Source of the DNA: Leucoraja erinacea
Taxonomy: Eukaryota
DNA: 64,000 nt
NCBI RefSeq assembly: GCF_028641065.1
Contig: NC_073396.1
Coordinates: forward strand, 15,810,001-15,874,000
Direction of reading: 5' to 3'
This document shows positions 24,225 through 35,739 of this stretch, in pieces (the first letter of the stretch is position 1; each line of letters begins with the position of its first letter). The notes under the pieces are model-generated. The model had not been told where the DNA came from, ran no database searches, and worked only from the letters and a program-made list of their open reading frames with translations. The position numbers and the translations under genes were made by a program.

Positions 24225-24789
24225 ACCCTACCGGGGCACACCACCTACTTCGACCCTCAATAATAATTAGACATACCAAGGATTTGCCTGTCCAACATTC
24301 CTACACATGTCTTTCACCACTGATTAACTCGTTGACCTACAGGTTGTTGAGGGGCAGTTCTCATGAACGATAGTGGAGTATTTAAAGAAAATGCAATTCC
24401 CATTGAGGTCAATGGAGCTAAGGAAGTTGGCATGTCTCATGACTATCTCCAATTTCTACAGATGCAACATTGACAGCATCCTATCTGGATGCATCACAGC
24501 TCTGCCCAAGAACGCAGGAAATTTGCAGAGTGCTGCAACGTAATTAAGGTCTGCTCGCACCCAGGTCATTTTTTTCCTTCTCCCCTCTTCCGTCCTGCAA
24601 AAGGTACAAAAGCATGAAAGCATGTGCCGTCAGATTCAAAAACAACGTCTTCCCCACTGTTATCATGTGCCAAGAAGTATTTCCAATCTTCCAATCTACC
24701 TCATTGTGTTTCTTGCCCCCTTTTGTTATTTTGCTACTTTCCATGTAATTGGAATATCATTATCTGCTCTGTCCACCAAGGCCTACTGG

Positions 24790-25340
24790 ATCTCACGGTT
24801 GCTGACCATTTAAAATCCCATTCCCACACTGATCTTTTTGTCCTGGGCCTCCTCCATTGCCAGAGTGAGGCCCCATGCATACTGCACAGCATCTCATATT
24901 CTGTATGAATGTTGAATTCTCCAATTTTAGGCAACTTCTAACTAACTCCCCCTCCCTTTTCCCCCACGCGCCTGTGCTCTACCTGGACTCCCACCTATTT
25001 CTCCCCTCCACACCCTCCCTCTCCCTCCTGCTACTTTCCCCCCCAACTTCACAATCGCAACTCCATACCCATCTCATACCTTTGAATCTTATCTCTGGCA
25101 TTTGTCCCATCCATCTGCTTGTCAAAATTCCCCTAGTGCCAACTTTTTACCTGCCAGGCTTTGTCCCGCCTCTCCCCTTTCCTAGCTTTCTTCTTTCCCC
25201 ATACAATCAGTCGGAAGAAGGGTCTCGATCCCAAAACATTACCTATCAATGCTCTCCTGAGATGCTGCCTGACCTGCTAAGTTACTCCAATACTTTATGT
25301 CCTTTTGTGTATTAACTAGCATCTGCAGTTCTTTGATTCT
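24790..25340 (+). mobile_element. Penelope-like 3' fragment (end of GIY-YIG plus tail); a Rex1 remnant lies at ~24350-24665
   Basis: HSHTDLFVLGLLHCQSE...QHLIF..MNVEFSNFR, then the hammerhead-type tail. Confidence 0.75.
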
Positions 25341-25989
25341 ACCGTATTCTGCACTCTATTCATTTACTGCTTTGCACTACCTGATATACTCACGCATGGT
25401 ATGATTTGCCTGGACAGCACTCAAAGCAACGATTTTCAATATATCAGTGCACGTGACAGGTGAGAAAGGCCATAGAAGGAGCTGATCCTGGAACATTTAG
25501 CCGAGGAACCAAGCTAGTAAAAAGCAGCAATAAAATGCTTGAGCTGTTTTAAACAGAAGACTCTGCCTACTTTATTAAATAAGATTATAAAACATTAGAT
25601 TTTTGCTCTTGGTGCTCAGTACTTCACTGGAACCTCACAATTAGATTTCATGTAGGTTAATAGATGCTGACAGTGTTCCAAGAAAGTAATTCACTGGTCT
25701 GCTTTTGAAGAGTGAAGTCTGAATGCCCTATCAACATCAGCAGGGAATCTTGGTTCAATTCCAGCTTAGACTAAGAGTATGAATATTTCCTTATTCTGAC
25801 AAAAGAAGCCATCCATTTATATAATGTCTTTTGGCACCTCGAGATCTCCCGAAATGCTTTGATGCCAAGGTAGTATTTTAGGAGGGCAGTCATTGTTATA
25901 ATGCGGAAAATACAACAATCAAATTATACACAGTGTGCTCTGGTTAATTGCAATGCAGTAACAACCCTGTAATCTGTTTCCTTTCAGGG

Positions 25990-27449
25990 ATGTTTGATGG
26001 CCTGTGACCAGTGGAGTGCAGTCGGGATCAGTGCCGGGTCCCCTGTTGTTTGTCATATAGATGAACAACTTGGATGGGAATATAGGTGGCATGATTAATA
26101 TGCTTGCGGATTGCATCAAAACTGGTGGCATTGTGGACAGTGAAGAAGGTTGGCTTACAACAGGAGCTAAATCAGTTGGGAAAGTAGACAAAGGAATGAA
26201 TGGCAAATATAATTTAACTCAGACAAGGGTGAAGTGATGCATTTTGTAAAGTTATACACAGTATGGCAGGGCCCTGGGCAGTGACATTGAACAAAGCGAC
26301 CTTATGGGTTTAAGTGCATAGTTCCCTCAAAGTGGTAACACACGTAGACAATGTGGTGAACAAGGCATACCAAGTATAAGAAGATAGACACAAAATGCTG
26401 GGGTAACTCGGCAGGACATGTAGCATCACCGGAGAGAAGGAATGGTGACGATTTGGGTCGAGATCCTTCTTCTGACCCTCTGTCTGAAGACGTGGAGTTA
26501 CTCCAGCATTTTGTGTCTATCTTTGGTGTAAAGCAGCACCTGCAGTTCATTCCAACATATACCAAGCATAAGTGTTGGGACGCCATGTTACAGCTGTACA
26601 AGGTCGTGGTGGGACTGCTGGTTGCAATCCTTTGGTGGAGGTGATCACTGGCAGGCTATGCATTAGCAAGGCATCACATTGGAGCCTGTTCTCACCCAGA
26701 GACCTGGAATATTGTGTGCAGGTCTGGTCATTATACTATAGGGAGGACGTCATTAAGTTAGAGAGGGGGCAGAAACAATTTACAAGGGTGTCTCTGGGAT
26801 TGGAGGGCTTGAGTCATAAGGAGAGGCTAGGCAGGCCGAGACTGTTTCCTTGGAGCAAAGGAGATTGAGGAGTGGCTTTGTAGAGGATTTTAATATCATA
26901 GAAACATAGAAATTAGGTGCAGGAGTAGGCCATTCGGCCCTTCGAGCCTGCACCGCCATTCAATATGATCATGGCTGATCATCCAACTCAGTATCCCGTA
27001 CCTGCCTTCTCTCCATACCCCCTGATCCCCTTAGCCACAAGGACCACATCTAACTCCCTCTTAAATATAGCCAATGAACTGGCCTCAACTACCCTCTGTG
27101 GCAGAGAGTTCCAGAGATTCACCACTCTCTGTGTGAAAAAAGTTCTTCTCATCTCAGTTTTAAAGGATTTCCCCTTTATCCTTAAGCTGTGACCCCTTGT
27201 CCTGGACTTCATGAGGGGCATTGATAAGGTGGATGGTCATAGTTTTTTTATTGTTGATACGGAAGTCTAAAACTGGAGGACATAGGTTTAAGGAGAGATG
27301 GGAAAGATTTAAAGAGGACCTGAGGAGCAAGTTCTTTGCACAGGTCCTCTTCAAACTTCAAATATGGAACAAGCTGCTAGAGCAAGTGTCAGAGGTGGGT
27401 ATGATCACAATGTCTAAATGATATTTAAACAGGCACAAAGATAGAATGG
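25990..27449 (+). mobile_element. Old CR1 LINE 3' half with nested insertions; its tail resumes at ~29134-29240
   Basis: VTSGV.GSV.GP, LEYCVQVWS, LERGQKQFT and KTGGHRFK remnants. Nested young CR1 tail at 26897-27210 (-) and foldback Penelope insert at 26381-26558. Confidence 0.75.
26381..26558. mobile_element. Foldback Penelope-derived mini-insertion
   Basis: Inverted arms AAGATAGACACAAAATGCTGG...CCAGCATTTTGTGTCTATCTT; TSD ATACCAAG(T/C)ATAAG at 26367-26380 and 26559-26572. Confidence 0.8.
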
Positions 27450-28133
27450 CTAGACTAAGTGGGACCTGTTGGGTCCCAGCATCACACAGGAGGGCTGGTC
27501 ATCCAACGCAATATTCCACCTCTCCACCAATTCTAATATTGGTGGCCAGTTGGGGGGGGGGGGGGGGCTTTCTGGAGCGCTAGTATGGGTGTTATGGGCT
27601 GAAGGGACTGGTTTCCAGAGGGCTAGTATGCAAATTGTGCGCCAAATGGATTCTTGGGCTGGCGTCTCAGTCAATCAAGCCTGTTGTGCTGGCAACTCAC
27701 TCACGGCTGGTGGGCTGGTAGTTGACTCATGGCTAATCCTTGAAATTCTATTTCAAGCAGGGTATAAGGCCACCAAATTCAAGTGCAGTTTCTTACCATT
27801 TGAAGTAGGGTGCAAAGCCACTAAAGACAGCGAGTCGTGACCTCTCCCTCCTCCATCTTGCAGAGACTGAGCCACACCCACATTTCCGGGTTTTATAACC
27901 CCTCCCCCTCCCCACCGGAAAAGGTGTGGCTTTCATGGAGTGATTGACAGGAGAGAGATTCTCAACATTTTTTTTTTAAACTAATAACACTTTTATTTTT
28001 CATTGATGGGAAGAATTCTCTGCATCTGCTCAGCGGAGGGGGACTGAGTAAAATAGCCAAAAATCACAGCCGTAAGTGGTAGCGTTTTATCTAAAATCAA
28101 TATACAATGCAAACAGGAAGTAAGTGCATTTCC

Positions 28134-28607
28134 AGTAGTGCCTTTCAACTTCAAGCCAAAGCACCCAAGCTACCATTTGCAGTAAGTAGTGCCTTTCAAC
28201 TTCATGCCACCATTTGTAGTAAGTAATGCCTTTCAACTTCAAGCCATTGCATCCAAGCCGCCATTTGCAGTAAGTAGTGCCTTTCAACTTCATGCCACCA
28301 TTTGCAGTAATAGTGCCTTTTCTAGCCACAGCCCCAAGCCATCATTTGCAGTAAGTAGTGCCTTTCAACTTCATGCCACCATTGCAGTAAGTGGTGTCTT
28401 TCAACTTCAAGCCACACCCAAGCCACACCCAAGCCATACCCAAGCCATCATTTGCAGTAAGTAGTGCCTTTCAACTTCAAGCCAACATTTGCAGTAAGTA
28501 GTGCCTTTCAATTTCAAGCCAAAGCACCCAAGCCACCATTTTCAGTAAGTAGTGCCTTTCAACTTCATGCCACCATTTGCAGGGGGGGGTGGGCTTTCAA
28601 TTTCAAG
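28134..28607. repeat. Minisatellite with alternating 37/51-bp units (~88-bp higher-order repeat) inside the Helitron
   Basis: 10-11 copies of ATTTGCAGTAAGTAGTGCCTTTCAACTTCA, followed alternately by TGCCACC or AGCCAAAGCACCCAAGCCACC-like spacers. Confidence 0.9.
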
Positions 28608-28641
28608 CGCTACCCTAGCCAAGCAAGCCAAGCCAACCAGG

Positions 28642-28674
<33 letters not shown>

Positions 28675-28698
28675 TTTTGGAGCGCTAGTATGAATCAT

Positions 28699-28822
28699 TT
28701 TAGAACCAATAGACATTTTTTTTGCAAGCTTTAGTAACAATAAACATTTTTTTTTAGCAAGCTTTAGAAACAATAGACACTTTTTTTGCAAGCTTTAGAA
28801 CCAATAGACACATTCTGCAAGC
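28699..28822. repeat. ~31-33 bp minisatellite (4 copies) inside the Helitron
   Basis: TTTAGAACCAATAGACATTTTTTTTGCAAGC repeated. Confidence 0.85.
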
Positions 28823-29653
28823 AATTTTGAGCTCAGAGAAACGTGACCCTCTGCCTTCCTCCATCTTGAAGAGTGAGGCACACCACTTCCTGGTTTTATA
28901 GTCCCTCCCCCCCTGCCGCCAGCGGGGGCAGCAGAGAGAATGGGGAATTTTGTAAAAACATTAATATCTGTGTCATTTTTAATCGACAGGAAAAATCCTC
29001 GGCACACATGCGGTGGAGGGGGGCTCTGAACAAGGTGGCCAAAAATGACGGCCGTAGGTGGCGGCGTTCTCTCGGAAATCGCAGCACAGATGGCCAAACC
29101 CAGTCAAGAACAGACTTTTAGTAATATAGAAGATAGATATGGGCTATACCATGCCAATGGGACTAACTCATGTAGGCACCTTGGTTGTTATGGACGAGAA
29201 TGGGCCCAAGGCCTGGCTTTCATGCTATATAACTTTATGTGCCTAGGATAAACATCAGTTAGGATGTTAGGAGTGAGACTTAAACCTGACTCGGAGGTGT
29301 AAGTGCTATAGACTAAACCACTTTGAAAAATATTTCGTGGGGCTTTACCTAGAATTAATTTGTAGAAATTTTAGCTCTTCTCTTTCCATTTATGTGTGAT
29401 CCCAGGCAGGAGAGCAACCTCATCCATATTCAGTATGGAGAAGCATAGTAAAATTCTACAATATGTTATTATTAAAAATAAATTGCTAGTAGATGTACTT
29501 GTAGGCTTGAAGATAGATAAATTCCTGGGCCTGATGACATGTGCATCAGTTTGCTATGGGAGTTCTATGGGGCCCTAACAAAGATTTTTTAAATCTTTGC
29601 TTGCCAAAGGTGAAATATCAGGGGAACAGCAAATGTGTTATGTCGCCAATGTA

Positions 29654-29918
29654 CGCGATATTCCACCTCTCCACCAATTCCAATATTGGTGGCCAGTGGT
29701 GGTGGGGGTGGGGGGGGGCTTACTGGAGCGCTGGTATGTGTGTCGTGGGCTGAAGAGACTGGTCTCCAGAGGGCTAGTATGGACATTGTGGGCCAAATGG
29801 ATTATTGGGTTGGCAGCTCAGTCCCTCAAGCCTGATGTGCTGGCAGCTCACTCACGGCTGGTGGGCTGGCAGTTGACTCACGGCTATTCCTTGAAATTCC
29901 ATTTCAAGCAGGGTGCAA
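29654..29918 (-). mobile_element. Truncated second copy of the Helitron 3' subterminal region
   Basis: Closely similar to 27505-27765 (ATATTCCACCTCTCCACCAATT...CCTTGAAATTC.ATTTCAAGCAGGGT). It lacks the CTAG end. Confidence 0.8.
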
Positions 29919-30039
29919 GCTGGTTTCGGGTTGAGACTCTTCACCAGACTAATTGCAGGGGTACTCCAAGGGTGGGGGAGAAGGAAAGCTAGAAGAGTGG
30001 AGGGGCAGGACAAAGCATGGCAGGTCATAGGTTAACACA

Positions 30040-30570
30040 GGAACAGTTGTTACATCTCCTTCATTATCAGGGGAAAGTAACTGGGGAGGGAGTGGTCTGG
30101 ATAGGAAGGGATGAGTGAACCAAGGAGTTGCGGAGGGAATTGTCTCTGTGGAATGTGGAAAGTGATGGGGATGGTAAGATGTTTGTGGACGATGGGGTGA
30201 AAGTGAGGACCAGGGGAACTTTGGCCTTGTTCCGTCTGGAGGGTGGGAAGCAAGAGCAGAAGAAAGGGTCACAAAGGAGATGTGGGCGAGGGTTCCATCT
30301 ATGCTAAACTAAAGATTGAGGACATCTGGGCTGCTCTAGATTGGAAAGCCTCATCTTGAGAGCAGATCAATAGAGACAGAGAAATTGAATGTAGGGGACA
30401 ATGGCTTTGCAAGAAGCAGGGTGGGAGAAAGTGTAGTCCAGATAACTGTGGGAGTCAGTAGGTTTGACAATAGACAATAGGTGCAGGAGTAGGCCATTCG
30501 GCCTTTCGAGCCAGCACCGCCATTCAACGTGATCATGGCTGACAGATTTGCAGCAGACAGTCTGACCCCT
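30040..30570 (-). mobile_element. Decayed Penelope-like RT/linker fragment with nested CR1 tail (~30465-30540)
   Basis: Homologous to 19700-20230 (…LTFHP…; GTGTAGTCCAGATAACTGTGGGAGTCAGT). Confidence 0.65.
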
Positions 30571-31306
30571 GTGATGGCAAATGTGTTACCTTCATTCAGG
30601 CAAGGGAGCAGGGATAAACCAGGTAATTGGAGGCAATGCAAAGAAAGTTATTGGATAAAAATTAAGAGACAGGATTAATCTGCACTTGGAAAGACAGAGG
30701 CTAATCGATGGTAGTCAGCATGGCTCTGTTAGTGGGAGATACTGCCAGGCCGCATTGAATTAATTCTTCAAATAGGTCACAAAATATGTTAATGAGAGCA
30801 TTGTGGTTGACGTAGTCTATATGTACTTCAATAACTTATCTTTATTATTCTCCTGTACTCCTAAACCATACACTCTCTCCCAGGCCCATCAACTTCTCAT
30901 TGATTCTTTTTTCCCCCCCATTTACTTACACAAGGTAATTTGCAACATCCAAATCACCTACCAGCGCATATTTTGGATTAGCTGGATGTAATTGTTGGAA
31001 TTCCTGTGCATGGGAACTGCAATTGGTCATTCACATGCCGAGGAACACAAGAGTCTGCAGAATGTGGTGGACTCAGCTGGTCTATCACGGCAACAGGCTT
31101 CCCCAGCAACAAAAGCATCGACATGAGATGCTGCCTCAAGGAGGCAGCCTCTATCATCAAGGATTCCCTCTATTAGGCATGCTCTACTCTCACTACTGCC
31201 CTTGAGCAGAACATACAAAAGCCTGAAGTCCTTCACCACCAGGTTTAGGAACAGCTACTTTCCTATAACCATCAGGTTCTCAAACACTCGTAACACTATC
31301 TTGGCA

Positions 31307-31606
31307 ATATAACCATATAACAATTACAGCACGGAAACAGGCTATCTCGGCCCTTCTAATCAGTGTCAGACACTTACTCTCACCTAGTCCCATCTACCTG
31401 CGCTCAGACCATAACCCTCCATTCCTTTCCCGTCCATATACCTATCCAATTTATTTTTAAATGATAAAAACGAACCTGCCTCAACCACTTCCATTGGAAG
31501 CTAATTCCACACAGCTACCACTCTACGAGTAAAGAAGTTCCCCCTCATGTTACCCCTAAACTTTTGTCCCTTAATTCTCAAATAATGTCCTCTTGTTTGA
31601 ATCTTC
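31307..31606 (-). mobile_element. CR1 3' fragment of a subfamily with a (GGTTATAT)n tail
   Basis: CR1 C-terminal motifs (RGH.LR, NFF..RVV..WN) and an ATATAACC-repeat tail; same subfamily as 56781-56910 and 57293-57370. Confidence 0.8.
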
Positions 31607-31732
31607 CATGCGCTACCATGTACTTGGTTTCTAATTGTGGTTTACACTGACTGATGTCTTTCTTCCAAGTCTTTTTCTTCGCACGGTCATGCAGAATGTA
31701 TGTGTATTTTGTGTATAATTATTGTTTAATTT

Positions 31733-32025
31733 AATTTAGTTTAGAGGGACATTGTGGAAACAGGCCCTTCGGCCCACCGAGTCCACGCCGGCCAATGATC
31801 ACCCGTATACTAGTTTTATCCTACATATTAGAAATAATATCTACAGAAGCCTACAAACCTGCACGTCTTTGTAGTGTGGGATGAAACTGGAGCACCCGGA
31901 GAAAGCACCTGCGGTCACAGGGTAAATAAACAAACTCCAGACAGACAGCACCCATAGTCAGGATCGAACCCTGTTCTCTGGCGGTATAAGGCAATAACTC
32001 TACTGGCTGTGCCACTGTGCTCCCC
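31733..32025 (-). mobile_element. HE1-type SINE, near full length
   Basis: Tail, central domain, B box GGTTCGATCC and A-box-like GTGGCACAGCCAG on the minus strand. Confidence 0.85.
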
Positions 32026-32257
32026 TGTCTTTGTGCACTCGTTGAGTCTATGTGCCTGTGATGTTGCTGGAAGCACCTTTTTCTTTGCACCTGCACCTTA
32101 CAATACATGTGCATTTGACACTAAACTCAACTTGAGTTGACTTGAATTGTTCTGGAGTGGCTGGAAATATATCGTCCCCCATTCAGACACCATCTGATTT
32201 TCTTTCTTTATTAACTTCAGTAACAAATGAGCTGCCAATAGCCACAACATGGCTTAC

Positions 32258-32665
32258 AGAGAAACATAGAAAATGGGTGCAGGAATAGGCCATTCGGCCC
32301 TTCGAGCCAGCACCGCAATCATCCAAAATCAGCACCCCGTTCCTGCTTTTTGCCGATATCCCTCGATTCCTTTTGCCCCAAGAACTATATCTAACTCTTG
32401 AAAACATCCAGTGAATTGGCCTCCACTGCCTTCTATGACAGAGAATTCCACAGATTCACAACTCTCTGGGTGAAAAAGCTTTTCCTCATTTCAGTCCGAA
32501 ATGGCCTTCCTCTTAAACTGTGACCCCTGGTTCTGGACTCTCCCAACAGCAGAAACACTTTTCCTGTATCTAGCATGTCCAATCCATTAAGAATTTTAAA
32601 TGCATCTATAAGATCCCCTCTCATCCTCTAAATTCCAGTGAATACAAGCCCAGTCGACCTATTCT
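32258..32665 (-). mobile_element. CR1 (HER1-like) 3' fragment
   Basis: MRGDLIDAFKILNGLD...ESRTRGHSLR...FFTQRVVNLWNSL. Confidence 0.85.
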
Positions 32666-33530
32666 GGCTTGTACCAATGCCAGTGGCCAGCCACTAAGTG
32701 ATGCATTATCAATAGATTGAACGCTATATCCTGTATAATGTTGGAATGTCCAGATTGCAATAAGACGATGGGGAAATCCTTTTTGTTTGATATGGGTCGG
32801 ATGTCAATGGTAACTGATGTTGTACTGAAATGTATCACATGCTACACTGAGACAGAAAGCTCAGGTGAGACGTGTTGGCAGGGAAATAACTGATGGGGGA
32901 ATAAAACAGCACATTTGTTTTCAGTGATGTTGAATGTGTATTTATTATAATCGGATCAAGGCGAGGATCTAACAGTTCACAGTAATTTTTTTTCTCATCT
33001 CCTTCTTTGTGCCCTGTTCACCCACTCGTATCAACGCCATTTATCAGTGGCAAAAATTTAAAGAAAAAAAGGCATAAAAATTCAAATTTTATACACCAAT
33101 AAGCAAATTATTAAGCAGATTCTAAACCAAGGCCATTGTTCTTGTTATTAATCACCCAATAGATAGACTTTGATGGTGGAATCATACAACATGGAACCAG
33201 GCCCTTCTAACCACAGAGATCACACTGACCATCAAGCACCTTATTTACTCTAATTCCCCACTGGTCTCATTTGATCCTCCTCGCATTCCCATCAACTCTC
33301 CCTGTGATTCCACTGCTCACCTTCACTCTTGGGGCCAGTGGACAGTTGACTTACCAACATGTACACATTCGGGAGGTGTGAGGAAAGTGTGGAACCTGTG
33401 GAAATCTGCACGGTCACAGGTAGAGAATACTAAATTCACACTAAGAGCATCGGAGGTCAAGTTTGAACCCAGGTGCTGGAGCAGTGAGGCAGCAGCTCTA
33501 TTAGGTTTTTCTTTATCATAGTCGCAGGTA

Positions 33531-34755
33531 CAGTAAACCCTTGTTATAACAAACTATATGGGGGGGGGGGGGGGGAAATGGCACCCTTTAAATGTTAATC
33601 GTCCACTGTCATGAGGTCATAAGGAACAGGAGTAGAATAAGGCCAGTCGGCCCATCAAGTCTATGCCATTCAATCATGGCTGATCTATCACTCCCCCTAA
33701 CCCCATTCTCCTGCCTTCTCCCCATAACCTTTGACACTTGTACTAATCAAGAATCTATCTATCTTGGTCTTAAAAAGGTCCACTGACTTGGCCTCCACAG
33801 TCTTCTGTGTCAAAGAATGCCACAGATTCACCACCCTCTGACTAAAGAAGTGCAGCCAAGTAAGGTACAATCATCGTTTAATTAATGGAAACCAACAACT
33901 GCAGTTGCTGGGTAGAACACAAAAGGACACAAAGTGCTGGAGTAATTCCACAGGTCAGGCAGGAGGCAGATGACTTTTTCAGATTAGGACCCTTTTTCAG
34001 ACTCTTGCTCTGGAACTGGGCCTGGAATCTAGGTGAGGTGACGGCCCAGGCCCGCTGGCTGGCTGTGGGAGAAGCGAGAATTGGTGGGGTCATTGGTTGC
34101 AGCCCCGCGGGCAGCCAGAGTACAGGTAAGGATCGGAGGTGGTGGTGATTGCACTGGTGGTGGTGGTATCAAAGGCAGGTGACCGGCAATGCAGTAATGG
34201 TGGTGATGCTGATGGCATCAGCTGCAGTTGTATTGCAGCGGTGATGGTGACGGCAATGGTAACAGCGGTTGGTGGTGGCAGTGGTAATGGTAGTGTCGGT
34301 GGTGACTGTGGTGCTGGCAGCAGCAATGGTAGTGGCAATGGAGGTGGAGGTGACGACTGCAGTGGCAGTGATCTTCTTCTTTTCGTGTCCATCTTGTTAC
34401 AAATCAATGGAAGCCATCTCTTATCACAACAGTTAATGGTGGTAGCAGAATTAGCTCAGGATACTTCTAGTTTCCAGCCCCGCGACGTGGACGCTTCTGC
34501 TATGGGGTGGTGATGGCAACGGTAGTGGCGACTGCAATTGTAGTGGTGGCGACTGGTGGTGGCAGCGGTGGTGACTGCATTGGTGGCAGGCACGACTGTG
34601 TGGTAGTGGCAGCAATAGCGGTGGCAAGTGTGGTCGGGGAGGTGGCATGCGCCGGGGTGGCATCAGCAGTCCAGCCTGGCAGTGAGAAGGTTGGTAGGTC
34701 TGTCCGCTATAACAAAATCCGCTATGAAGAGATGTGTAAAAATGAGGATTTACTG
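33531..34755. mobile_element. TA-flanked non-autonomous Tc1/mariner-superfamily (pogo/Tigger-like) MITE with nested CR1 and Penelope tails and GGN-rich cargo
   Basis: TA|CAGTAAACCCTTGTTATAAC ... GTAAAAATGAGGATTTACTG|TA (15/20 inverted match); subterminal TCCGCTATAAC/TCCGCTATGA repeats. Confidence 0.65.
34135..34690. repeat. Degenerate GGT/GGC/GCA trinucleotide low-complexity tract
   Basis: Two blocks of GGTGGTGGC/GGCAGT-type repeats separated by ~130 bp of mixed sequence. Confidence 0.85.
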
Positions 34756-34779
34756 TACAGGTTTACACACTATCCACAC

Positions 34780-35400
34780 AAATTAGATAACACTATACAT
34801 AAATAAAAGTCAAACTTAGGTGTAATAGATCGAACAAAGGAGAAGACACACGGTGACGAATATACTGGTCAGCATTATAGATCAGCAGTTCCATAGACAA
34901 AGTCAATGTCCATAATGGGGTAGAGGTGAATCCGACAGTACCCTAACTTTTGGGAGGACCCTAACAAGCCGGATAACAGAAGGGAAAAAGCTGTTCCTGG
35001 GTCTGGTGGTGCGTGCTTTGAAGAGAAGAATGAATGATTGAGGTGGACAAGTTTTTGATTATGTTGGCTGCTTTGAGGCATCAACTTCCATGAAGTGTAA
35101 AGGGAGTCTATGGTGGGGAGTATGTTCTGTGTGATGAGCCAGGCCACATCCATAACTCTGCAATTTCACGCAGTCTTGGGCAGAGCCGTTCCCAAACCAA
35201 GCTGCAAAGCAATCTGCCAGAATGTTTTCTACAGTGCATTTGTACAAGTTTGTAAGAGTCATTGGAGACATGTCGAGTTACCTCGGTCTCCTCAGGAAGT
35301 AGAGGCATTGGCGTGCCTTCTGGGCTGTCACTTCAACGTGGTTGGTCCACGACAGATCGTTGGTAATATTAACGCCAAGGAACTTTAAGTTTTCAACCAT
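34780..35400 (-). mobile_element. Decayed Rex1/Babar LINE 3' half
   Basis: MSPMTLTNLYKCTVENILADCFAAWFGN; CLYFLRR remnant. Confidence 0.75.
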
Positions 35401-35739
35401 TTGCATTGAGGTTCAAGTTGGCAGCCAGATGGTTCATCGGTCAGCAGAAGATCCAGGCCTCAGATAACATCAGTTGTTGTCTGACTGAGGAATAATTATT
35501 GTCCGAGTCACAACTGAGTTCCCGATGGCACTGCCAATAATTATCCCTTAGATAACAACTAAATCAAAATGATCTAGCCTTTCCGAATTTACATAATTTC
35601 CAAAATACTCCATTGGCTATAGGGGGTCTCTCTGGGTTATGAACAGCTGATTTACAGACCTCCCTAAATACAAGGAATCTATCATAATATTAAATTCAGA
35701 GGTCTAATGTACGTACGTATATGCTTTCATTTCTACAAA

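Larger units (their letters stand above)
27450..29133 (-). mobile_element. Non-autonomous Helitron, composite
   Basis: The minus strand begins A|TCTTCTATATTAC (5' end at 29133-29137) and ends in hairpin GGGACC-CAACA-GGTCCC plus CTAG (27450-27453). It splits a CR1 tail. The base after CTAG is C rather than the usual T. Confidence 0.8.

Noticed and set aside
28134-28607. CRISPR-like array of ~30-bp repeats
   Set aside because: Spacers are short and themselves repeated, there are no cas genes or leader, and the context is vertebrate. It is a minisatellite in a Helitron.
28910-28932. CTCF-like site CCGCCAGCGGGGGCAG in the Helitron
   Set aside because: Spacing deviates from the CTCF core; it cannot be supported without a PWM score.
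34090-34806. Gly/Val- or Pro/Thr-rich ORFs as a structural protein gene
   Set aside because: Open frames occur on both strands as a by-product of the stop-poor trinucleotide repeat; there is no credible start or gene structure.
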